Below, in pieces: positions 51,503-62,539 of a DNA stretch of 64,000 bases (within the stretch, counting starts at the first letter, position 1; every line of letters starts with the position of its first letter). The notes beneath the pieces are model-generated. The model was not told the DNA's origin and did not search any database. It saw only the letters and a list, made by a program, of their open reading frames with translations. The DNA comes from Candidatus Cloacimonadales bacterium. GTDB lineage: Bacteria; Cloacimonadota; Cloacimonadia; Cloacimonadales; JAFGVF01. The stretch covers positions 544,001 through 608,000 of the forward strand of contig CAXXJV010000001.1 in assembly GCA_963663475.2 (NCBI GenBank), given 5' to 3'. The position numbers were made by a program, and so were the translations under genes.

Positions 51503-52198
51503 ATGATTAAAATATATAGAAAAGATAAACTTGGAAAAGCAGACCATGGTTGGCTCAAGAGTAGATTCCACTTCTCTTTTGCCGAATACTATGATCCTAA
51601 AAGGATTCATTTTGGTAATTTAAGAGTTATTAATGATGATTTAATTGCCCCTAATACAGGTTTTGACATGCATCCTCATCAAGATATGGAAATTATTTCT
51701 TATGTCATTGCTGGAGAACTTACTCATCAAGACTCTATGGGGAATAAAAGGGCTGTAAAACGGGGTGAAGTTCAATACATGAGTGCAGGAACTGGAGTTA
51801 TGCACAGTGAACATAATTTAGGAAATGAGACAACAAGACTACTGCAAATCTGGATTTTCCCAAGAGAACATGACCTTGAACCAAATTATGGTGATTTAAG
51901 ATACAATTGGGAAGATAGAGTAAACAAATTACTTCATATTGTTTCCCCTGCAGATGGTCCCTCTCAAGTTAAGATACAACAAGATGCAAATATCTATGTA
52001 TCCTATTTGGAAGCTAAAGAAGAAATAGAATTTGAAATTGAAGAAAATCGCCAACTTTATTTTATCCAGATTGAGGGAGCAAGTTATCTTAATTCTCTAA
52101 TAACTTATGAGGGTGATGGTGCAGAGATAAGTGATGAAAGTATAAAAATAAAGGCTAAAGGCAATAGTCACTTTATGATAATTGAGTTACCAAAGTAA
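51503..52198 (+). CDS. Pirin-family protein (YhhW-like)
   Basis: HGWLKSRFHFSFAEYYDP, HPHQDMEI, HSE, LQIW; start set to ATG 51503 after AGGAG. Confidence 0.92.
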   Translation: MIKIYRKDKLGKADHGWLKSRFHFSFAEYYDPKRIHFGNLRVINDDLIAPNTGFDMHPHQDMEIISYVIAGELTHQDSMGNKRAVKRGEVQYMSAGTGVMHSEHNLGNETTRLLQIWIFPREHDLEPNYGDLRYNWEDRVNKLLHIVSPADGPSQVKIQQDANIYVSYLEAKEEIEFEIEENRQLYFIQIEGASYLNSLITYEGDGAEISDESIKIKAKGNSHFMIIELPK

Positions 52199-52236
52199 AA
52201 TTAAGACTTGAGATTCTTCCCTTATTCATGCATTAC

Positions 52237-52295
52237 CCTTCCTTTACAGTCTTTCGATGAAATAGGGACTTTCATCGAAAGACTGTAAAGGAAGG
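52237..52295. repeat. Family C palindrome
   Basis: Same 26-bp stem; loop TAGGGAC. Confidence 0.92.
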
Positions 52296-52352
52296 AATAA
52301 GCATGATAATAGTAAATGAAGCTGATTTTCTTACGACTCAAAGCTTAATTGG

Positions 52353-52449
52353 GCATTATTTGGGTTAAACTCAAATAATTCAGTAAACCTTTGCGAATTC
52401 TACTATATTCTTCTGCACTCTTCATCAAAGTTCTACGGCACCATTTGAG
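52353..52449 (-). repeat. Shortened family A hairpin (52370-52449, reversed) abutting an arm fragment
   Basis: Reverse complement CTCAAATGGTGCCGTAGAACTTTGATGAAGAGTGCAGAAGAATATAG...TTATTTGAG with TTAA flanks. Confidence 0.7.
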
Positions 52450-52485
52450 TTAAAAATGAGAAAAAGTGTTGATTTTTATAGACAG

Positions 52486-52512
52486 AAAAAGGGAGTAAAT
52501 ACTCCCCTTTTT
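52486..52512. terminator. Bidirectional intrinsic terminator
   Basis: AAAAA-GGGAGTAAATACTCCC-CTTTTT. Confidence 0.7.
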
Positions 52513-52531
52513 GTATTTTATCTTCACTGAT

Positions 52532-53857
52532 TTACTTACTAATTGCTTTTAAAAGTTTCTCAGCTTCTTCATGATTTATCTTTCCTTGTTCAAGTAAATC
52601 TAAAATCTTCAACCTACTTTTCTCATTGTCTGATAGTCTTTCTTCAGGTTTTCTATAATTTTGATTTCCATCATTATAGGAAGTTTGATATCTACTTTCT
52701 TGTCTACTTCTAGCATTTTCACTTCTAATATCTTGTCTTTGCTTTTGCATATCAGCTTTCATATCTTTCATAGACTCCTTAATAGTCACATCAGCTTCTT
52801 TTAAAGCTGTTTGAACACTATTCTTGATTACCTCACCTAGATTTGCAAAAGCTCCCCCAATTGACTTTCTAAGGGCTGGAGAAGCAAGTACTTTTGTAAC
52901 CTTGCTTACTTCATTCATTGCTCTATTTATCTCCTGATTTAACTTATTATTAGTATATTTCTTACCTTCTTCTTCAATGCTTGTATCATCATTAAGTAAT
53001 TCTATACCACCAATTTCTGTTGTAATTTTCATAAGTGTATTTCCAAATTCTTCATTATAAACTTCACTTTTCATATTTACTCCCTCTTCCATTTTAGAAG
53101 TTACAGTATTTTTAAGATAAGAAGAGATTGTTCCTAACTCAGACAAAGCTTTAATATCTAGATTTATTTCATGAGGAAGAATAATTTTTACTTTACCAAT
53201 TTCGCTCATTATTTTACTTTGATTTTGCTTAATAGGAAGTAGCTGGTATTCAATGTTTCCTGTCTCACTAGTTATGGTTACATTGGATACTTCTGCTTCT
53301 CTTATACTTATCTGGGCCACCTCAGACTCACATTTAAGCTCATTAGCCTTGATACCTTGAATATCTATATTCCCAACCTCAGTGGTGCAAAAAAAGTTAG
53401 CAAAGTTTCCCTCCTTAACCTTAACTGCTCCAATCTCAGATTCTATACTTACGTTACCTGATGATTCATCAATAGTGATTGATCCTATCTCACTATCAAT
53501 ATTAAAATCTGCTCTTACATGCTCAAATCTAATCTTACCCATTTCAGACTCAACCCTAACCTTCATATCATCTGGTATTAAGACTATGATTCTTGAAGCA
53601 TCTAAATCTACATTTCTAGTCTCAAGATCATCCTCTAAATCCCCAGTATCAATTGCTATTCTCCCTTGATCAGAAAATACTTGAGTAAGTAAATCATCTG
53701 TCCAGGCATAATTAACAGCTTCATTCATCTGGATTTCACCCTTAACTCTTACTTCATCAGACTGTCCTTTAGCCATGATAACAGTTAACTTCTCAGTTCT
53801 AACATCAATTTCCTTAAAATTTCCTTTGTAGTTAAACTCAAATTTCATAGTATTCAT
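52532..53857 (-). CDS. DUF4097-like beta-strand repeat protein with C-terminal SHOCT-like domain
   Basis: Repeated xESExGxI motifs; RLKILDLLEQGKINHEEAEKLL. Confidence 0.75.
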   Translation of the reverse strand: MNTMKFEFNYKGNFKEIDVRTEKLTVIMAKGQSDEVRVKGEIQMNEAVNYAWTDDLLTQVFSDQGRIAIDTGDLEDDLETRNVDLDASRIIVLIPDDMKVRVESEMGKIRFEHVRADFNIDSEIGSITIDESSGNVSIESEIGAVKVKEGNFANFFCTTEVGNIDIQGIKANELKCESEVAQISIREAEVSNVTITSETGNIEYQLLPIKQNQSKIMSEIGKVKIILPHEINLDIKALSELGTISSYLKNTVTSKMEEGVNMKSEVYNEEFGNTLMKITTEIGGIELLNDDTSIEEEGKKYTNNKLNQEINRAMNEVSKVTKVLASPALRKSIGGAFANLGEVIKNSVQTALKEADVTIKESMKDMKADMQKQRQDIRSENARSRQESRYQTSYNDGNQNYRKPEERLSDNEKSRLKILDLLEQGKINHEEAEKLLKAISK

Positions 53858-53858
53858 T

Positions 53859-54224
53859 TTATTTCTCCTTTTCTAGCATTTTTAGTGCATCTTCAACAGA
53901 TACGTCTCCTTGGTCTATCATATCTAAGATATCTAAACCTTTAGGCTTTTGTAAATCAGTGCCTGTTAAGACCTTTACAATCTCTGATAACCTGTTCTTT
54001 ACTGTTGGATAGGATATACCTAACCGCTTCTCTACTTCTTTAATTGAACCATGAGATACCAAAAAAACTTTGATAAATTCAATTTGCTCACTACTTAGTT
54101 CACCAAATCCGTTTTGTTGGAAGTGACCCTCTATTTTGGTAGAGCAATTACTGCATTCATAGCGAGTAATTAATAGTTCACCTTCACAAACAGGACATTT
54201 TGTTAAATTTCTTTTCATATTCAC
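53859..54224 (-). CDS. DUF2089-family Zn-ribbon/HTH protein
   Basis: CPVC..CSNC, GSIKEVEKRLGISYPTVKNRL. Confidence 0.88.
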   Translation of the reverse strand: MNMKRNLTKCPVCEGELLITRYECSNCSTKIEGHFQQNGFGELSSEQIEFIKVFLVSHGSIKEVEKRLGISYPTVKNRLSEIVKVLTGTDLQKPKGLDILDMIDQGDVSVEDALKMLEKEK

Positions 54225-54472
54225 CTCATGTCCAATATTTATCTCAAATAAATTATGTCAAGCTTTATATTAATATTTTTAATATTGGTATTAATTATTT
54301 TAATCTTAAACCTATTTTTGACTAAATATACTCATATTTCACCTCTTATCTTTAACTGTGTAATTTTTCTTTTTTTAACCTTTATTCAATATCAAAAAAA
54401 AATAGCTTTACAGTTTTTTTTCATTTGAGTAAATTAGGTATGAGAGAATTTATTAACTGAATTGAGGATTAT

Positions 54473-55819
54473 ATGCAAAAACTTTTGGTACTAAATTTAG
54501 TAAAACATGATGCTTTTATTGAGGCTCTAACAAAAGAATCCCTTTTGATAAAGCTAATAACAGTTGAAGAATATCAGTTATTAGATAAAGTACACTTAGT
54601 TTTTACTGACCTTACGAACCTTGTTCACCTTAATCGAAAAAAAAGCTCTAATATTATTGGAGTAACCTATAAGCCTAACGACTTAGTATCATTCTACGAT
54701 AATGATATTTTCACAACAATTCCTCACGATATTGAAACTGCAACCCTCCATTCCTTACTTTCAAAGTATATAACCCTCCATAGCATTGAAATGTTAAAAA
54801 GCACTTTCAAAAATTATAAGTATTATGCTTTTGATGATTTCATATATTATGCAGATAGTGTTTTTATGCACAGTACTTTAGGAATTGCCTTTCTTACCAG
54901 CAAGTTAACCTTACTGCTCTTTAACCCTACTTTTGCTGAATCATTCCATAACATTTACTACAATAGACCAATTTTAGGAGAAGTAATTACCAAAAACTTT
55001 AGTCTTAAAGATAATTCTTTTTGGGAAGAAATATCCCAGCAAGCATCTTCTTTTAAAGGCAGATCTTTGGAAGTTGCTGGTAAGTGGAAAGATGCAAGCA
55101 AGCACTACAATATGCGGGTTAGTCCTATCTACAAGCAAAACCACATGATTGGATATTCGGTAATCATCGAGGATATTAGTAAATTTACTAATGCAAATGC
55201 TGATTTAAAGCGCTATTATAAGTATTTACTTGATCAGAATACTAGGCTAGAAAAAGCCTATAAAGAAGTTGAATTAAATAACGAAAAACTTAAAGTAGCA
55301 TATGAAAAAGTTAATGCTCTTTCCAACAGAGACTATCTTACCCAAGCTCCAAATCGAAAATTCTTCTTAGAGAAAATAGAATATGAACAGCTTAGATTCA
55401 AGCGAACGAAAAATTCTTTTATCTTAGCCTATGGTGATATTGATGATTTTAAATTGGTTAATGATACTTATGGCCATGAAACAGGGGATTATGTCTTAAT
55501 AAGCCTAACCAATATTATAAAAAATGCTATCCGTAACATTGATTTCTTTTGCAGATGGGGTGGTGAAGAGTTTTTAATCTTTTTAGCAGAATCAAATATA
55601 GAGCTTGGAAAGCAAATTGTAGAAAGAATATTAAATCAAATCAGGGACTTTAATTTCAATTATAATGGGAATATAATCCATATCACCATGACTTTTGGAC
55701 TAGCGGTCTATGATAAAGATCAACATATCAATCAAATCATAGACCAAGCAGACCAAAAACTTTACTGGGGTAAGAATCATAATAAGAATCAAATAGTAGA
55801 TTATATTCCAGCAGAATAG
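54473..55819 (+). CDS. Diguanylate cyclase (PAS-like, coiled coil, GGDEF)
   Basis: DYLT..PNR, DIDDFK.VND.YGH..GD, RNID I-site, RWGGEEF. Confidence 0.92.
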   Translation: MQKLLVLNLVKHDAFIEALTKESLLIKLITVEEYQLLDKVHLVFTDLTNLVHLNRKKSSNIIGVTYKPNDLVSFYDNDIFTTIPHDIETATLHSLLSKYITLHSIEMLKSTFKNYKYYAFDDFIYYADSVFMHSTLGIAFLTSKLTLLLFNPTFAESFHNIYYNRPILGEVITKNFSLKDNSFWEEISQQASSFKGRSLEVAGKWKDASKHYNMRVSPIYKQNHMIGYSVIIEDISKFTNANADLKRYYKYLLDQNTRLEKAYKEVELNNEKLKVAYEKVNALSNRDYLTQAPNRKFFLEKIEYEQLRFKRTKNSFILAYGDIDDFKLVNDTYGHETGDYVLISLTNIIKNAIRNIDFFCRWGGEEFLIFLAESNIELGKQIVERILNQIRDFNFNYNGNIIHITMTFGLAVYDKDQHINQIIDQADQKLYWGKNHNKNQIVDYIPAE

Positions 55820-56604
55820 CTATTATAAATCTCCATTAACTTTCTTAATCTATCTGTAGATATATTATTTTCCCAATAACCATCCTCTTTAAAATATGAT
55901 CCGATAATAAGTCCATCAGCATATTTTAAATAAGAAAGTAAATTTTCAGCATTTATTCCTGAACCTATTAAGACAGGCAATTTAACATGCTTCTTAACAG
56001 CTTTTAATTCTTCATAATCAGCACTTTTCCCAGTAGAAGAACCAGTAATAATCAAACCATCGCTGGCAAAAAACTGAGCTGCTTGAGCAGTTTCAACAAT
56101 ATCTATATCAGAAGTTATAGCATGGGCTGAATGCTTTTTCTTAATATCAGTGATCACTTTCACATTATCAGCTGCTAAAGATTTTCTATATCTTAAGAGT
56201 TGACCAGCACAAGAGTTCATTAGGCCTTCATCTGCTACATGAGAAAAGACAAAGCCCTCAGCTCTAATGAAGTCTGCTCCAGAACAGAAGGCTGCAGCAA
56301 GGGCTTCTTGGTTAGCTCCTGCTAAGATCTGAATACCTAGTTTAAGATCTAATCTCTTCTTTAGTTCATAAGCAATAATTGCCATAGCAGCAGTAATTTC
56401 AGGTCCTACTTTACCATTGAGATAGGGTATATCATGCATATTTTCAATTATTACCGTATCAATCCCATTCTCAAGATAAGTCTCAGCTTCCCTAAGAGTG
56501 AAGTCTATTATTTGAGTCATCTTTAACTTATTTTTTGGTACCCCAGGCAAGGCTTGCACATGTAGCATACCAATAATAGTCTTGTTAAATATTAAATCAG
56601 CCAT
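55801..56604 (-). CDS. BtpA/SgcQ-family protein
   Basis: IIGMLHV.ALPG, ENMHDIPY, DIKKKHS, ITGSSTG, IGSG. Confidence 0.9.
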   Translation of the reverse strand: MADLIFNKTIIGMLHVQALPGVPKNKLKMTQIIDFTLREAETYLENGIDTVIIENMHDIPYLNGKVGPEITAAMAIIAYELKKRLDLKLGIQILAGANQEALAAAFCSGADFIRAEGFVFSHVADEGLMNSCAGQLLRYRKSLAADNVKVITDIKKKHSAHAITSDIDIVETAQAAQFFASDGLIITGSSTGKSADYEELKAVKKHVKLPVLIGSGINAENLLSYLKYADGLIIGSYFKEDGYWENNISTDRLRKLMEIYNSYSAGI

Positions 56605-57656
56605 TAGAGCAGTTTCTCATCATTTTCTTTAAGATACTCTACAACTTTTTTTACTTCTTCCGAACGTTCTTTCTTAGCTAGCAATATGGCATCTTCAGTT
56701 TCTACTAAGACCATATCCTCTACCCCAATCAGAGATACAAATTTCTTAGTCCTAATATAGTTACCCTGAGAGTCAATCACAAAGGATTTACCTACTATAG
56801 TATTCTTATTATTATCGCTTGGTGAAACATCTGCTAGTGCTCTCCAAGAACCGACATCACTCCAGCCTAAATCAACAGGAATAACTGCTCGTTTTTCAGC
56901 CTTTTCCATAATCCCGATATCAACTGGAATCTTGGGCATTTGAGAGTATATTTCTGATATATCAGCAGACTCTCCGCTTTTATTCCATTCAGCTTCTATT
57001 AAATCTAAAACTTTAGTAACCTGGGGCAAGAATTTCTGATATGTTTCCTCAATAGTACCTAATGTCCAAGAAAACATTCCACTATTCCAGAAGAAGTTTC
57101 CAGCTTTCAAAAATTCTTGAGCAGTTTCATAATTAGGTTTTTCTTTAAATTGTGCTACTTGATAAGAAAAATCATTTTCTTTATCACCAGCTTGAATATA
57201 ACCATAACCAGTAGCAGGATAAGTAGGAATAATCCCGAAAGTAACCAAGTTTCCACCCCTTGCTAACTCTTGTGATTTGTTAATGTTTTCCCAGAAGACA
57301 TCAACTTTTGTGATTAGATGGTCAGCAGGAACAACTATCATTGTTTCAGTTAGAGCAGCAAACCTTTTGATATAGGCATAAGAAAGAGCAATACAAGGTG
57401 CTGTATTCATCCCAAATGGTTCAATAATTATATTTTTAGAAGGTAAGTCAGGTAAGTGTTTTTTAACTAATTTAACCTGTGATTCTGCTGTGACTACAAA
57501 AATCTTTTCTTTGGGTAACTCTTCAAGAAGTCTATCCATGGTTAATCTAATCATCGATTTATCACCCACTACATCTAAAAACTGTTTTGGTTTAGCCATT
57601 CTGCTTTGAGGCCAAAATCTTGTTCCTGAACCACCAGCCATTATTACAGCAATCAT
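56604..57656 (-). CDS. manC: Mannose-1-phosphate guanylyltransferase
   Basis: AGGSGTRFWP.SR..PKQF, NTAPCI, PADH, GYGYI, FKEKP, WNSGMF, WSDVGSW. Confidence 0.92.
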   Translation of the reverse strand: MIAVIMAGGSGTRFWPQSRMAKPKQFLDVVGDKSMIRLTMDRLLEELPKEKIFVVTAESQVKLVKKHLPDLPSKNIIIEPFGMNTAPCIALSYAYIKRFAALTETMIVVPADHLITKVDVFWENINKSQELARGGNLVTFGIIPTYPATGYGYIQAGDKENDFSYQVAQFKEKPNYETAQEFLKAGNFFWNSGMFSWTLGTIEETYQKFLPQVTKVLDLIEAEWNKSGESADISEIYSQMPKIPVDIGIMEKAEKRAVIPVDLGWSDVGSWRALADVSPSDNNKNTIVGKSFVIDSQGNYIRTKKFVSLIGVEDMVLVETEDAILLAKKERSEEVKKVVEYLKENDEKLL

Positions 57657-57677
57657 TTTAACTCCTTTGTAGTTATA

Positions 57678-58319
57678 TTAGTTTCTATAATCAATAATTT
57701 GTGTATCTTCGTTTGTTTCTATTAGCCAATAATCTTCATCATCAGGGCTTTTATTTAAAAGTATGTTGGAAAAGCTGATGTTGACCTTATTGTTGGAGAA
57801 ATCACCATACTGAAGTCTTTCTATTAAGCTAGTACTTTTACTAACTTCAAATTCGATCTGATTAATATTAGCAAGGGAATTACTTTCAGTAAGCTCAATA
57901 CTTACATTATAAGATTTGTCTAGCTCTTGAATATTAACCTTATCAGCATCCCACACCTTTTTTATAAGATATTCTAAATTTAAAGATACAAATGATGAAT
58001 CAGCATAAGTAATAATAAGTCTATCTTCTTGCGATTGATAAATATAAATCACACTATCATGCAAAGAAATTGTTTCTTTATTAGGTGAGAAATAAGCAAT
58101 GTGGAGATTGTTCTTATCAAAATATATCTTTCCTTGAGATTCTGTAGTGTGGTCAAGATCAGAAAAATAAGAACTACTTTCCATATCAGCTATAAAACTG
58201 GTAATTTCATCATACTTAGTAGTTATTTTCTCATATAAATCCTGAGAAGAAATTCCCCATAATAGCGCAGTCATATTACTCAGAACTAGTAATAATATGT
58301 AAATTTTATTCGATACCAT
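57678..58319 (-). CDS. lolA: Outer-membrane lipoprotein carrier LolA-like protein
   Basis: Signal peptide, SQGKIYF and Y..P..E motifs; position downstream of ftsK. Confidence 0.65.
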   Translation of the reverse strand: MVSNKIYILLLVLSNMTALLWGISSQDLYEKITTKYDEITSFIADMESSSYFSDLDHTTESQGKIYFDKNNLHIAYFSPNKETISLHDSVIYIYQSQEDRLIITYADSSFVSLNLEYLIKKVWDADKVNIQELDKSYNVSIELTESNSLANINQIEFEVSKSTSLIERLQYGDFSNNKVNISFSNILLNKSPDDEDYWLIETNEDTQIIDYRN

Positions 58320-60720
58320 ATATCTTTAAATCCTCTAAGCTAGCAATTACCTCACGTGATTTAGACCCCTTATGCGGTCCTACAATATTAGCTTGTTCTA
58401 GCATATCTATTAATCTACCTGCTCTAGCATAGCCTATTTTAAAAGACCTCTGAAGCATAGAAACAGAAGCAACATCAGAAGTTACAACTAATCTAGCAGC
58501 TTCTACAAATAAATCATCATCATAATCAAAAGCTTCAGCATCTTCTGGATTTGTGACTATTTTTTCCATTCTAAAGGCAGGTTTGGGTTGTGTTTCTAAA
58601 TATTCAATGATTTCATTAATCTCATTATCAGATACATAAGCACCATGTATTCTTTGAATCTTACTAGTTCCAGGTGGTACAAAGAGCATATCCCCCTTAC
58701 CAAGAAGTTTCTCTGCTCCCATTTCATCTAAGATAACTCTAGAGTCCACACGAGAAGAAACTTGGAAGGCTATTCTTGCTGGGAAATTAGCCTTAATTAC
58801 ACCTGTGATAACCTTCATAGAAGGTCTCTGGGTAGCTAGAATAATATGCATTCCTACTGCTCTTGCCATTTGGGCTAATCTAGTTATTGGAACTTCAATT
58901 TCCTTACCAGCAGTCATTATTAAATCAGCAAACTCATCTACGATAATCACGATATAAGGCATCTTGTCATATTCAGGACTTTCATCTTTCTTAAGCTTAC
59001 TATTAAGTTTCTCAACTTTCTTATTATAACTAGCCATCTCTCTTACTTTAAGTTCTTGTAACTGGCCATACCGTCTTTCCATCTCTTCTACAGCCCATTT
59101 AAAGGTTTCTAAGACTTCTTCTGGGTCAGTAACCACATCAGTCCAAAGATGAGGAATACTGCCATATCCAGCTAATTCTACTCGTTTAGGGTCTATTAGA
59201 ATCATTCTAACTTCATCAGGGGTAGTTCTAACTAAAAGATTTAAGATGATTGTGTTAATACAAACTGATTTACCAGAACCTGTCGCACCTGCTATTAAAA
59301 GATGGGGCATTTTAGCTAAATCAGCAACTACAGCTCTTCCTGAAATATCTTTTCCTAAACCTATAGCAAGTTTGCTATCATTTTTCTGCATTTCTTCTGA
59401 TAACATAATCTCTTTGAGATAAATTATATCTCTATGCTTATTAGGTATTTCAATTCCTACCAAACCTCTACCTGGGATAGGGGCTTGAATTCTTATGGAA
59501 GTAGCTTTAAGGGCAAGACCTAAATCATCCGCATAAGAGGTGAACTTATTAACTTTTACACCTGGGGCTGGCTTTAATTCATACTGGGTAATTATTGGAC
59601 CAATATTGACATTTACAACCTCAGCTTCAATTCCAAATTCAGCTAGCTTCTCTTTGAGAATAATACTAGTCCTCTTGATATTTGCTTCTATTTCATTTTT
59701 ATCATAATCAGTAATTCGTTTATCAATCTTTAAAAATTTATCAATATTAGGCTTAACATATTTTTCTGTCTGCCCCATTTCCCCTTCAATTACGGAAGCT
59801 TTAGGCCGTTTAACAGAAACTAGCTTTGCTTGTTCAAACTGATTTATCTTAAAGTTATCATCATCATCTTTACTTGCTTTAGACTTATCTTTCTTATTAA
59901 AACTTGGACTATCTTCTAAAGGGTCCTCAGAATCTTTTATAAAATCTTGGTGATTATTAATTGCAATTTCAGGACTTTTCTCTTCTTGCTTATGCTTGGC
60001 AGAATCTTGACTAAGTATCTCCTGCTTATCTCTACGATCAGCTTTTATCTCAGGATCATGACCTTCATCACTATCATCATCTTCTTCATTTTTACGGAAG
60101 AAAGGAAATAAGAGAGCCTTTCCTACTGCAATGAAAGTAGTTTTAACTGGATCCCAACCAAATATTAAGAGTATATCAAGAATAAGAGTAATTATTAGAA
60201 AGGCAGTTGTACCTTTACTCCCAATAATTACAATTAATCCCTGGTTAATTGCTTTTGCTATAATTCCATTAACAACAAGGGGAGCTTGCATGAAGAAATT
60301 GGCTAACAAGAGCTGAATAAAGAAAAAGAAGCCCATAATTAGGGTTATATTATGTCTTAAATCAGACTTTTTATCACCAAACAAAGAAATTAGATTCTTA
60401 ATTATAAAGCCTAACATAAAAATCATTACTAAGTAGTGACCTGCCAACCAAGACAAACCATAACCAACACTTGCCCCTAGTAAACCAACATTATTGTTCA
60501 AGGCAAGATCACCATTAAAAATAGACCAGAAGCCATCTACTTCAATTTTCTGATTTATTAAGTTAATATCACTACTTAGATCAGAGTTATCAATAATTAA
60601 GGCATAGATAATCAGAGAGCAAAAAATGATAGCAAAAACTCTTAAAACCTTTAATAAAAATGCTCTATATTGATTATTATTTGTCTTTACGACTTCTTTC
60701 TTCTTTTTCTTTTTTGCCAT
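58306..60720 (-). CDS. ftsK: DNA translocase FtsK
   Basis: N-terminal TMs, PHLLIAGATGSGKS, VDEFADL, LATQRPS, gamma domain IGYARAGRLID. Confidence 0.96.
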   Translation of the reverse strand: MAKKKKKKEVVKTNNNQYRAFLLKVLRVFAIIFCSLIIYALIIDNSDLSSDINLINQKIEVDGFWSIFNGDLALNNNVGLLGASVGYGLSWLAGHYLVMIFMLGFIIKNLISLFGDKKSDLRHNITLIMGFFFFIQLLLANFFMQAPLVVNGIIAKAINQGLIVIIGSKGTTAFLIITLILDILLIFGWDPVKTTFIAVGKALLFPFFRKNEEDDDSDEGHDPEIKADRRDKQEILSQDSAKHKQEEKSPEIAINNHQDFIKDSEDPLEDSPSFNKKDKSKASKDDDDNFKINQFEQAKLVSVKRPKASVIEGEMGQTEKYVKPNIDKFLKIDKRITDYDKNEIEANIKRTSIILKEKLAEFGIEAEVVNVNIGPIITQYELKPAPGVKVNKFTSYADDLGLALKATSIRIQAPIPGRGLVGIEIPNKHRDIIYLKEIMLSEEMQKNDSKLAIGLGKDISGRAVVADLAKMPHLLIAGATGSGKSVCINTIILNLLVRTTPDEVRMILIDPKRVELAGYGSIPHLWTDVVTDPEEVLETFKWAVEEMERRYGQLQELKVREMASYNKKVEKLNSKLKKDESPEYDKMPYIVIIVDEFADLIMTAGKEIEVPITRLAQMARAVGMHIILATQRPSMKVITGVIKANFPARIAFQVSSRVDSRVILDEMGAEKLLGKGDMLFVPPGTSKIQRIHGAYVSDNEINEIIEYLETQPKPAFRMEKIVTNPEDAEAFDYDDDLFVEAARLVVTSDVASVSMLQRSFKIGYARAGRLIDMLEQANIVGPHKGSKSREVIASLEDLKIYGIE

Positions 60721-60738
60721 TCATCTCTTCCTTATTTT

Positions 60739-61818
60739 TTATACATTGAATCTAATGTTTAATATATCTCCATCTTTAACAATATATGTTTTTCCTTCTA
60801 GACGGAATAAACCTTTATCACGTAATGCCTTTTCTGAACCTAAAGCTATCAAATCATCATAATTAAAACATTCAGCACGGATAAAACCACGAGCTAAATC
60901 AGAATGTATCTTTCCTGCTGCTTCAACCGCATTTGCCCCTGCTTCAATAGTCCAAGCTCTGACTTCATCACTACCAACAGTAAAGAAAGATAAGTAACCC
61001 AGTATATCATAAGAGAACTTTGTTAATCTATCTCGAGCAGATTCTTCAATTCCCATATCTTCCATAAAGACTTCTTTTTCTTCTTCGTCAAGTCCATTAA
61101 GTTCAGATTCAAACTTACCAGCAAATTCTAATATTGGAAAATTATGGGAAACTTGCTCAATAATTTCTTGATTTTGTCCATACTGATTTTCATCTGTATT
61201 CAAGATTAATAAGAGAGGTTTTTGACTAATAAATTGGAATCCTCTGATAGATTTTTCTTCCTCTTCAGGTAAGTTTAAGCTTCTTAAAGGTTTTTCAGCA
61301 TTTAAATGTTCAATCACACTATTGATAGCCTTTTCCTCAATCTGTAAGGCAGGAGTTTTTATCCCTCTTTTATAGCTAAGTGCTATTTTTTCTAATCTTT
61401 TCTCGGCAATTATAAGGTCAGATATTATCATCTCAGCCTCAATTGTTTCAATCTCTGAAATGGGGTCTGGCTTACCATACATTTCATCCAGCACTGAATC
61501 AGAAAAATTTCTAACTACTAGGGCAAGAGCATCTGTATTCTTAAGTAAAACCATTCCTTGACCTGACATTAGTTCTTGTTTTTGATCGCTTTTATTAACA
61601 CCAGCAAAATCTATATATTCAATGGTTGCATAAACTGTCTTCTTGGGATTATACATGTCTGATAATTTTGTAATTCTCTCATCTACTACATTTATAACCG
61701 CTTGATTTGGTTCTGATTCCCCTTGACTGTAAGCAGATACTTCAATATCCATTCCTGTAAGAGCGTTAAATATTGTCGTTTTACCACTTTTAGGTAATCC
61801 AATTAATCCTATCCTCAT
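60739..61818 (-). CDS. ychF: Redox-regulated ATPase YchF
   Basis: GLPKSGKTT, FFTVGSDEVRAW, AGKIHSD, EGKTYIVKDGD. Confidence 0.93.
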   Translation of the reverse strand: MRIGLIGLPKSGKTTIFNALTGMDIEVSAYSQGESEPNQAVINVVDERITKLSDMYNPKKTVYATIEYIDFAGVNKSDQKQELMSGQGMVLLKNTDALALVVRNFSDSVLDEMYGKPDPISEIETIEAEMIISDLIIAEKRLEKIALSYKRGIKTPALQIEEKAINSVIEHLNAEKPLRSLNLPEEEEKSIRGFQFISQKPLLLILNTDENQYGQNQEIIEQVSHNFPILEFAGKFESELNGLDEEEKEVFMEDMGIEESARDRLTKFSYDILGYLSFFTVGSDEVRAWTIEAGANAVEAAGKIHSDLARGFIRAECFNYDDLIALGSEKALRDKGLFRLEGKTYIVKDGDILNIRFNV

Positions 61819-61828
61819 ATCCTTTCCT

Positions 61829-62539
61829 CTATTTATCTTTTTTTAAATAATTTATCTCTTGTTTAGTTAAGAAACGCCATTGACCTTGAGGTAATCTACC
61901 CAATTGAATATTACCGATTTGGGTTCTCTTTAGACTTAAGACCTTAAGTTCAACGACTTCCAACATTCTCCTAATTTGTCTTTTACGACCTTCTTTTAAA
62001 ACAAATTTCAGAGCAGTTTTTCTTTCTCCATTTCTTCTAACAAATACACCTGCTGGTTGAGTAATACCATCTCCAATATCGATACCTTGGCGGAGTTGGG
62101 TAAGTTGAGCTTTATTAACATTGCCAGCAACAACAACTTGATAGACCTTTTCTTCTTTGTATCTGGGATGAAGTATCTTATTAATCATCTGTCCATCATT
62201 AGTTAAGAGAAGGAGTCCTTCTGAATCTTTATCTAAACGACCTACAGGCTTAACAAAGTCTAGTTCTGGAGGAATAATAGAATAAACAGTTGATCTATCA
62301 TATTCATCTGACCTAGTCACAACCAGTCCTTTAGGTTTATTCAGCATTAAATATACCAAAGGGATATCTAAATTAATAGCCTTTCCGTCTAAGAGGATTT
62401 TATCCTCAAGTTCTGTAACATCAGTAGCTAAATCGAGGCAGACTTTTCCGTTAACTTTAACTTTCCCTTCTAGGATATACTCCTCAGCTTTTCTTCTTGA
62501 GCAACCTGTGCTCTTAGCTATATACTTATTAATTCTCAT
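61829..62539 (-). CDS. rRNA pseudouridine synthase, RsuA/RluB family
   Basis: S4 domain SRRKAE, NKPKG, VGRLDKDSEGLLLLTND, EGRKRQIRRM. Confidence 0.92.
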   Translation of the reverse strand: MRINKYIAKSTGCSRRKAEEYILEGKVKVNGKVCLDLATDVTELEDKILLDGKAINLDIPLVYLMLNKPKGLVVTRSDEYDRSTVYSIIPPELDFVKPVGRLDKDSEGLLLLTNDGQMINKILHPRYKEEKVYQVVVAGNVNKAQLTQLRQGIDIGDGITQPAGVFVRRNGERKTALKFVLKEGRKRQIRRMLEVVELKVLSLKRTQIGNIQLGRLPQGQWRFLTKQEINYLKKDK

